From NCBI GenBank assembly GCA_052055015.1, contig JBQJIT010000065.1: a DNA stretch of 37,266 nucleotides; one strand, given 5' to 3'. Source of the stretch: Malassezia furfur (taxonomy: Eukaryota). Below the pieces are notes generated by a model that did not search any database, was not told the origin of the DNA, and saw nothing but the letters and a program-made list of their open reading frames with translations. The translations under genes were made by a program, and so were the position numbers. Below are positions 30,166-37,266 of this stretch, piece after piece (positions within the stretch are counted from its first letter, which is position 1; each line of letters begins with the position of its first letter).

Positions 30166-30292
30166 GGTCCGATGCCCTGGAGGATTAGCTACAGCTGCCA
30201 GGGGCAACTCGTAGGTCTTGTGGGGCTGGCTGACTAATTTCACGTGTGCATCGCGTGCGCGAATTTCCGATCGCTCTTTTCCCATCGTCGCC

Positions 30293-31113
30293 ATGTCGAG
30301 GCAGCCCGAAGTGGGAGAGATCCCCGAGCACGCCGCCAAGGACCTCAAGCAGGTTGAGAAGGACCTCGATGAGGCCGAGGCCGAGATTCGTACGTGCGCT
30401 ATGCTCACCGTGCAGTGAAATACTCTGCGCGTCTGCACGACCCGATCTTTGCCAAGCGCGACGTCGTCTTGGAGAAGATCGACAAGTTCTGGCCGCAGGC
30501 GCTGACGAATTGTGTGTCGACCAACGTGTACATTGATGATGACGATCATGCACTGCTCGACTCGGTCACCAAGATCGCTGTGAAGCGTGACGTGAACGAC
30601 CCACGCGCCGCCACGATCGAGTTCCACTTTGCGCCGAACGACTTTATCAACGACACGGTGCTTGTGAAGGAGTTCAAGCTCGACCCGAAGGCAGGCCCCT
30701 TCTCGGCTCAGTTCGACTTTGCTTCGGAGACCATCCCGCAGCCGACGACGATCCAGTGGAAGTCGGACGAGAAGAACCTGTCGAAGCGCAAGCCCACCAT
30801 TGGTGACCTCAAGGAAATTAAGGAGGGCGAAGAGGACGCCGAGGACGAGGAGGAGGACGACTTCGAGCCGGGTTCCTTCTTCTCGAGCTTCTTCGACAGC
30901 CAGAGCCGTCAGGTGGCCGGCAGCATTGGCCAGGCCATCGTCGAGGACCTGTACCCGAACGCGGTGCAGCACTACGAGAGCCCTTCGCTGTACGAGGACG
31001 AGGACGAGGAGGACGAGGAGGACGAGGAAGACGAGGAGGACGAGGACGATGACGACCGCGAGATCGATCTCGAGGAGGAGGAGACGCGTCCTAAGAAGAA
31101 GTCGCGCAAGTAG
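30293..31113 (+). CDS. NAP-family histone chaperone (Vps75/SET-like)
   Basis: ATG 30293. Intron 30390-30415 (26 nt). PIFAKRDVVLEKIDKFWPQAL, IEFHFAPNDF, TIQWK, SFFSSFF, IVEDLYPNAVQHY, then an acidic tail and NLS-like PKKKSRK. Confidence 0.88.
30994..31056 (+). repeat. GAG/GAC microsatellite encoding an Asp/Glu tail
   Basis: Run of GAGGAC/GAGGAG units encoding EDEDEEDEEDEEDEEDEDDDD. Confidence 0.75.
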
Positions 31114-31379
31114 ACCATAGTAAACTCGCTACGCGATCGTCTGTGCGCCCAGCGGTCAGGTGCCGGTCGCCTGCATCCTGGCCCCAGCGCAGGCTGGCGA
31201 GCCGCGGTGCAGTCGTCACATGCACGCTTAATCAGCATCGCTTGGTCATGCACGCCGATGCGGGCGGACAGTGTTGGCACTGCACGTTTGCGCGCGCGCA
31301 CTGCTACGCGGGGTTTCCTGGGTGTTTGTCACTGCATCGCCGCCTGACGGATCTTTGTCTGTGACGGTGCATCCGCACG

Positions 31380-34300
31380 ATGGTCGCGCTGTCGAACCCC
31401 TTCTCGAAACATAAGGGGGATGAGCCGAAAGGCAAAGAGGCCGAGGAGGCCATAGCACAGCAGCTCGAGTCCGAAGGTGCCGATGTGCACACCTTCAGTG
31501 AGGACGCGTCGCCGGAAGAAAAGGCGAAGAAAGCCGAAAAGGCGCGCGCGGACCTCAAGCCCAAAGGCGACCTGGCCGTCAAGCAGGAGGAGAAGCGCAA
31601 AGAAGAGGAGGCAAAGCTGCAGCGTGCGATCTCTTCCGACCTGGGCGGCCGCAAAGTGCGTGCCAACGTAAACCTGCGCGACATTGACCGTGCTTCGCGC
31701 GAAAATGGGCAGCTTGGGTTCGGCGACGTGGTGCCCGGCTCTCTCCCGGCGGGGCAGCCATCGCTGGACATCCCCAGCTGGTTTTCGGTGGGATGGATCG
31801 ATGCATCGCGCAAGCTACTCAGCCTGAAGCCGGGCGAGCTGGAGGACATGTCGCAGCGCCTGCGTAACGCAGACTTGGTGACGACGTTTCTGAGCGAGGC
31901 GTACTACGGGTACATGTATACCGACGCGGGTGTAATTGTCGCCGCAGTGCTCTCGACCTACTTCGCAACACGCTTTGGCGGCGGCTGGGGTATGGTCTTG
32001 GTGATTTTGAGCATCTGCGCGACCTATTACTGTGCGAGCAATCGCCGCGTGAACCAACGCATGCGTGACGATATCCAGCGCGAGCTTGCGCGCCAGCGTA
32101 TGCTCAGTGAAAACGAGACAGCACGTTGGATCAACAACTTCTTGGCGCGTTTCTGGCTGATCTATGAGCCAGTGCTTAGTGCGACGATCGTGCAGTCGGT
32201 CGACGAGGTGCTCAAGACACAGACACCGCCTTTCCTCGACTCGCTGCGCTTGACTACCTTTACGCTGGGGACCAAGGCGCCGATCATTGAGTCGGTGCGT
32301 ACGTTGCCCGACACGCCGGACGACATGATCGTGATGGACTGGAAGCTGAGCTTCATCCCCAATGACATCAATGATTTGACCGTGTACCAGGCCTCGAAAA
32401 AGATCAACCCCAAGGTCGTGCTCACGGTACGCTTCGGCAAGGGCAAGATCGGTGCGGGTCTGCCTATCCTGCTCGAGAACATGGCGTTTTCGGGATCGCT
32501 GCGTATCCGCCTGAAGTTGATCAGCAGTTTCCCCCACGTACAGGTGGTCGACCTGTCGTTTATGGAGGCACCATTCGTCGACTTTGAGCTGAAGCCAATC
32601 GGCGGCAGTATGCTCGGTTTGGACGTGGCGGCGCTTCCGGGTCTTTCGGGCTTCATCCACAACCAGATCAATGCAAACCTTGGTCCGATGATGTACAGTC
32701 CTAACCAGTTCTCGCTGAACCTCGAAGAGCTCATGTCCGGCTCGCCGCTCGACACCACCATTGGTGTGCTGCAAGTCACCATCTGGAGCGCGCGCGACCT
32801 GGTCGGCGTCAAGTTTGCTGGCGGCACGCCCGACCCCTTTATTTCGCTTTCGATTGACGACGGCAAGGAGATTGCACGCACGCGTGTCAAACAGGCGACG
32901 GTGCAGCCGACGTACAAAGAGACCAAGTTTGTCCTGCTGCAGAAGCTGCAGGGCCTGCTGACCCTCGCTGTGTACGACTACAACGACCGCCGCCCAGACA
33001 CGCGGCTGGGCTCCACGACGTTTGACCTGTCGACACTCGAGACAAATCCCGAGCCGGGCCAGCTCAACAAGGCGGTGATGTACAATGGCAAGACGCCGCA
33101 CGGCTCGATGCAGTTCTCGCTCTCCTACTACCCTGTGCTCAAGCCCGAGACCGCCGAGGACGGCACGCCTTTGCCGCTGCCCGAGACGAACGCGGGTGTG
33201 GTGCGTCTGACGCTGCATCAGGCGCGCAACCTGATCAAGAACGACCACATCCCCGGGGAGATGGAGCCCAAGGCGCGTCTGTTGCTCAACGACAAGGTCG
33301 TCAAGGAGACCGATGTGATCAAGAACTCGCGCGACCCTATCTTCGAGGAGGTCACCGAGTTCCTTGTGACCGACCGTCTCTCGAGCGTGCTCACCGTCGA
33401 GATTGTGGATGCGCGCGAGCTGGCGCAGTTTGCGGTGATCGCCAAGCTGAGCACCAAGATCGAGGATCTACTGCAGGCCAAGCGGCGGCAGCAGGACTGG
33501 TTCCCTGTGCCAGAGACTGCGGACGAGATGATCCGCATGTCGGCGCAGTGGAAGCCCGTGGTGATGGCTGGCAGTATCAACGGCAGCAACAGCTACCGCC
33601 CTTCGATCGGTGCGCTCAAGGTGTGGCTCCGCGGTGCGTACGACGTCAAGAACGTCGAGGCGCTCACGGCGGGCAAATCGGATCCGTACGCGATGCTGCG
33701 GGTGAACAACTTGGTGGTGAGCGGTACGGCGGTGATCGACAACGACCTGTCGCCCGTGTGGAACCGGGTGCTGTATGCACCTGTGCACTCCACGTCGGAG
33801 ATTGTGCGCCTCGAGGTGATGGACTACCAGACCTCTACAGCGGACCGCACGCTCGGCTACGTCGATCTGCCGGTGCACGAATTTGCGGAGGACAACGTGG
33901 AGGACAACACCTACCCGTACCGTGGCAACGGGCGGCAAACGAAGCGCGAGCAGCTGCGCCAGTCGAACGGCACGTTCAAGGGCACGATCGACTTCGACAT
34001 CGAGTTCCTGCCCGCGATGCACGTTGCTGGCGCCAACTTTATCGAGCAGAATCGCAAGATGGCCGAGGAGCAGAAGGCAAAGAAGAAGCGCCAGCGCCAG
34101 CTTCCGCCTGGCTCCACGCTGGACGCGCCCGACGCCATGCGCGTGCAGCAGGCGCAACACGACGCGTATACCACCGAGGTGGTCGCCGGACAGGCACCCG
34201 CTGCACACGAGGTCGCCAACGACCTGGCGCAGGCGTCCGGTGTCAACGACGATGCCAATGGCGAGTGTGATGACGATGACGCGATCGTGGCAGGCGCCGC

Positions 34301-35741
34301 AGTGCAGCCCGGCGACGACGATGACGACGAGGGTGAGAACAAGGGTGTGGAAATCTCGCCGCAGGAACTGCTGCAGCACCCGTCCGGTGTGCTCGTGTTC
34401 AACCTGATCTCGGGTACCGTGCTCAAGACGCACGCACAGCTCGAGGTGGTCGTCGACGACAGCTACTGGCCCGCATACACCACCGAGCGACGCAAGAAGA
34501 ACTACAACTGGGACGAGGTCGGCGAAGCGGTCATCCGCGAACTCGACGTGTCGTGCATCTGGTTCCGCCTGCGCAACGGCACTGCGGACGAGGACGTGTT
34601 TGCGGAGTACATGTGCGGCACCAAGGAGCTTCTGCAAAAGTGCCTCACGCAGCCGACCGAGCTCACTCTGACGCCGACCGGTGCACACGCGACAGACATG
34701 CCCGAGATCAACGTCCCTAATGTATCGATACCCGACATGCAGCAACTGAGCGACATGCCCGGCAAGGCGCTCAAGGGCGGCTACGACATGGCAAGCGCAG
34801 GCGGTAAGAGCCTCGCAAGTGCCGCGCAGGGCAACAGCGCCAAGGCGGCGCTCGCCGCGAACAAGATCAGGATCAGCTGCCGCTACATTCCCATGGACGT
34901 GTACCTCGAGCCGATCGAGAGTATCGTCAACCAAGGCGCACTCTCGATCGAGGTCGTGAGCGCCGCGAACCTGCGCTCTGCTGATCGCGGCGGCAAGTCG
35001 GACCCGTACGTGATCTTTGAGGACAACGGAAAGGAGCTGGTGCGCTCGCGCGTGGTGAAGCGCACGCTGAACCCCACGTGGAACGACGTGCTGCCCGACG
35101 TGGTGATCAAGTCGCGTCTTACGCACGACTACGTGTTCAACGTGCGCGACTGGGATCAGGTGAGCGCCTCAGACCCGCTTGGCATTGTCCATGTGAACCT
35201 TGCCGAGCTGGAGCCATTCGAGACGCACGAGCGCACGTACCGCCTGACCGGGGAGGGCGCTTTGCCGAACAGTACGCTCACCGTCCGCCTGCTCTTCCTG
35301 CCGCAGTACGCCAACAACCGCACCTCAAAGGGCTCTGCATTCATCGGCCGCAGTGTGGCCTCAGGCGTGATTGGCGGCATCGGCGGCATCGGCAAGGGCG
35401 TCGCGTCCGGTGGTCTGCACATCGCGACGGGCGGCCTGCATCTCGGCAAGGGCCTTTTCCATGCCATCACCGGGCACGAAAGTCGGCACAAGCGCGCCAA
35501 GAGTGGTACAAGCCAGCTTACCACGAGTGAGCCGCCGCCTGCGGATGCATACCAGCACCACCCCCAGCAGAACGTCTCGGCGTACGACCAGCAGCGTGGC
35601 GGCCACCACCCGCCGCTGCCCACGCAGGACTCGTCGTCGCAGCTCGACACGCGCTCATTGCGCGACTCGCAATCGATGCGGCAGCGACGTGGACGCCTGC
35701 ACAACCCCTTCAAGAAGCACCGCGAGCCCGAGATGCCCTAG
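31380..35741 (+). CDS. Tricalbin (extended-synaptotagmin family; TM hairpin, SMP, multiple C2 domains)
   Basis: Intronless 1453-aa ORF. SMP start ETARWINNFLARFWLIYEPVLS...FTLGTKAP. C2 motifs GTPDPFI, LTAGKSDPYA, RSADRGGKSDPYV, KRTLNPTWN. Confidence 0.93.
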   Translation: MVALSNPFSKHKGDEPKGKEAEEAIAQQLESEGADVHTFSEDASPEEKAKKAEKARADLKPKGDLAVKQEEKRKEEEAKLQRAISSDLGGRKVRANVNLRDIDRASRENGQLGFGDVVPGSLPAGQPSLDIPSWFSVGWIDASRKLLSLKPGELEDMSQRLRNADLVTTFLSEAYYGYMYTDAGVIVAAVLSTYFATRFGGGWGMVLVILSICATYYCASNRRVNQRMRDDIQRELARQRMLSENETARWINNFLARFWLIYEPVLSATIVQSVDEVLKTQTPPFLDSLRLTTFTLGTKAPIIESVRTLPDTPDDMIVMDWKLSFIPNDINDLTVYQASKKINPKVVLTVRFGKGKIGAGLPILLENMAFSGSLRIRLKLISSFPHVQVVDLSFMEAPFVDFELKPIGGSMLGLDVAALPGLSGFIHNQINANLGPMMYSPNQFSLNLEELMSGSPLDTTIGVLQVTIWSARDLVGVKFAGGTPDPFISLSIDDGKEIARTRVKQATVQPTYKETKFVLLQKLQGLLTLAVYDYNDRRPDTRLGSTTFDLSTLETNPEPGQLNKAVMYNGKTPHGSMQFSLSYYPVLKPETAEDGTPLPLPETNAGVVRLTLHQARNLIKNDHIPGEMEPKARLLLNDKVVKETDVIKNSRDPIFEEVTEFLVTDRLSSVLTVEIVDARELAQFAVIAKLSTKIEDLLQAKRRQQDWFPVPETADEMIRMSAQWKPVVMAGSINGSNSYRPSIGALKVWLRGAYDVKNVEALTAGKSDPYAMLRVNNLVVSGTAVIDNDLSPVWNRVLYAPVHSTSEIVRLEVMDYQTSTADRTLGYVDLPVHEFAEDNVEDNTYPYRGNGRQTKREQLRQSNGTFKGTIDFDIEFLPAMHVAGANFIEQNRKMAEEQKAKKKRQRQLPPGSTLDAPDAMRVQQAQHDAYTTEVVAGQAPAAHEVANDLAQASGVNDDANGECDDDDAIVAGAAVQPGDDDDDEGENKGVEISPQELLQHPSGVLVFNLISGTVLKTHAQLEVVVDDSYWPAYTTERRKKNYNWDEVGEAVIRELDVSCIWFRLRNGTADEDVFAEYMCGTKELLQKCLTQPTELTLTPTGAHATDMPEINVPNVSIPDMQQLSDMPGKALKGGYDMASAGGKSLASAAQGNSAKAALAANKIRISCRYIPMDVYLEPIESIVNQGALSIEVVSAANLRSADRGGKSDPYVIFEDNGKELVRSRVVKRTLNPTWNDVLPDVVIKSRLTHDYVFNVRDWDQVSASDPLGIVHVNLAELEPFETHERTYRLTGEGALPNSTLTVRLLFLPQYANNRTSKGSAFIGRSVASGVIGGIGGIGKGVASGGLHIATGGLHLGKGLFHAITGHESRHKRAKSGTSQLTTSEPPPADAYQHHPQQNVSAYDQQRGGHHPPLPTQDSSSQLDTRSLRDSQSMRQRRGRLHNPFKKHREPEMP

Positions 35742-35876
35742 TGACCGCATAGTTTGCCCACCCCCCATCCCCTCCACTGCGTTTGGCGTGCCCACCCGAT
35801 ACGTGATAGGCCCCCGATCTCCTACGCCAATCGCGATCGCGGGCAGTGTTCCCCGGACTTCGACGCGCGACTCGGC

Positions 35877-37266
35877 ATGGTGCGCGGGGGGCCGCTGCGC
35901 GCGAGCTTCGCGAGCAGCAGCACCACTTCGCTCGCCCTCAGTACACCGGCCGCGAGCCCGCATGGCTCCGATAAGCCCGTGGCCGCGCCCACGCCGTCGC
36001 TCGGCCTCCACCGCGCGGCAGGCACCGGCAACGTTGCGCTCGTGCTGTACGCCCTCGAGAACGGTCAGGCGCCCAACGGCCTCCTGCATGGCGTGGCACC
36101 TCTGCACGTCGCCGCGTGTGTCGGCGACGTGGTCTCGACGCAGCTGCTCATCGCGTTCGGTGCGGACGTCAACCAACCTCGTGCGCGCTCGCGTTCGCAC
36201 CAAGCGCCCGGCGTCGAGGGGTCAACGCCGCTGCACTTTGCCGCCGCCAATGGACACTATGCGGTGGTGTGTGTGTTGCTGGAGAACGGTGCGCGGCCCG
36301 CGCCGACAGACCGCGACGGGCAGACGCCCGAGTCGCTCGCGCGCGCGAATCACCATACGGCGTGTGCGGACTTGGTGCGCCAGTGTGCGCTCACGCACGG
36401 CGCGCAGGGCCACATTGAGCGCGACAGTGTGCGCGAGGCCGGCTACGCTGTGCAGTGGGGCGACGAGATCGTCGCGCCCGTCTCGCGCGAAAACTCGCCG
36501 GAAATGACTCGGCCCGTCCGCGAGCGCTCGTCGCTTGCCCCGCCCGTGCTGCCGGGGTACTGGACGAAGCCGGTGGCTGTCCCGCTGCATATCCGCACGG
36601 ATGTCACAGATCCACCCCAAAGAAGCAGCACGGCGTCGCCTGCGCCGAGCGAGGTGCGCTGGCGCGCGTCGCTGCCGCTCTTTCTCGAAAAGGCGGCACA
36701 CCCCGCATCGTCGCTGCGAGCGCTCTGGCCACAGGGCAACGCGGCGCCGGCCATCCACCATTCGCGCACCGCCGACGACGCCGAAGACCATGCGTCGACG
36801 AGCGGGCTGCGTGTGCCGCGCATCAGTTCGCGCACGGGCCTATCGAACCTGCTCAAGCGCGCGACAGGCACCGCCACCTATCCACGCACGCCGGACGACA
36901 GCGCGCCGCAGCCGGCGCGACGAGAGCGACTCGTCGCGCTTCTCGGGCATCCTGTCGCCCACCGCCCTGCTCTCGCTCGTCAATCGCCGGTCCCAGGACA
37001 ATCTGTCCACCGCCTCCTCCGCCGAGCACAGCGAGTCGCCGGGGCCCTCGGCGTCCCCGGGGTCGGACACGGCAAGCGTACGCGTAGCGCTGCGTGCGCG
37101 CGACGGCGGCGCGCCGCGCACCGACACCACGCGGCTACGCACGCGGCGTGCCGAGCCGCTTGCCCTCACCGCGCCGAGCAGCGTGTCGCGGACGACGCGG
37201 ACGACGCGCCTGCGGAGCAGCAGCGTCTCGGCGGCGCACTCGAGCCAGGCGTGGGACGGCGAGCGC
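35877..37266 (+). CDS. Ankyrin-repeat protein with disordered C-terminus; runs off the window end
   Basis: ATG 35877, no stop before the window end, so absent from the ORF track. Repeats LGLHRAAGTGNVALVLYALENG, PLHVAACVGDVVSTQLLIAFGADVN, GSTPLHFAAANGHYAVVCVLLENGA, DRDGQTP. Confidence 0.85.
   Translation, partial: MVRGGPLRASFASSSTTSLALSTPAASPHGSDKPVAAPTPSLGLHRAAGTGNVALVLYALENGQAPNGLLHGVAPLHVAACVGDVVSTQLLIAFGADVNQPRARSRSHQAPGVEGSTPLHFAAANGHYAVVCVLLENGARPAPTDRDGQTPESLARANHHTACADLVRQCALTHGAQGHIERDSVREAGYAVQWGDEIVAPVSRENSPEMTRPVRERSSLAPPVLPGYWTKPVAVPLHIRTDVTDPPQRSSTASPAPSEVRWRASLPLFLEKAAHPASSLRALWPQGNAAPAIHHSRTADDAEDHASTSGLRVPRISSRTGLSNLLKRATGTATYPRTPDDSAPQPARRERLVALLGHPVAHRPALARQSPVPGQSVHRLLRRAQRVAGALGVPGVGHGKRTRSAACARRRRAAHRHHAATHAACRAACPHRAEQRVADDADDAPAEQQRLGGALEPGVGRRA

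Noticed and set aside
30166..30972. N-terminal ~270 aa of the 1843-aa minus-strand ORF
   Set aside because: It is the antisense shadow of the NAP-family gene plus the spacer. The credible start is ATG 30165.
31815..35126. Long minus-strand ORFs (477 aa and 552 aa)
   Set aside because: They lie antisense to tricalbin and have no recognisable motifs. Such ORFs are expected with high GC3 codon bias.
1..37266. CRISPR arrays, tRNA/rRNA genes, prokaryotic operon structure
   Set aside because: No repeat-spacer arrays or recognisable structural RNA genes were seen. The sequence is intron-containing fungal DNA.

Overview
Gene-dense, GC-rich eukaryotic DNA from a basidiomycete yeast. The very compact layout and tiny GT-AG introns point to Malassezia or a relative (inference). 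The ORF track misleads here because about 40 introns, mostly 21-28 nt, break the genes. Splicing by hand gives 25 protein-coding genes, in order: PPR protein (5'-truncated), SET-domain protein, UreF, four tandem YjcF/ElaA-type GNAT acetyltransferases, Mrp10, Sec61-beta, Svf1, Hus1, an RBPMS/Scw1-type RRM protein, Lto1/ORAOV1, a CDF metal transporter, complex I ESSS subunit, tandem-PH protein, histidine phosphatase, Apc5, hotdog thioesterase, Yth1, HECT E3 ligase, a large membrane protein, a NAP-family chaperone, tricalbin and an ankyrin protein (3'-truncated). Main points of interest: (1) a diversified four-copy GNAT array with a shared insertion and Gcn4/AP-1-like upstream motifs, lying in a GC trough; (2) an Lto1 coding region with no start codon of its own, which a 60-nt intron joins in frame to the upstream RRM gene; (3) micro-introns with the branch point next to the acceptor; (4) a peroxisomal SKL signal that appears only after splicing. 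No rRNA, tRNA, transposon or CRISPR array was recognised.
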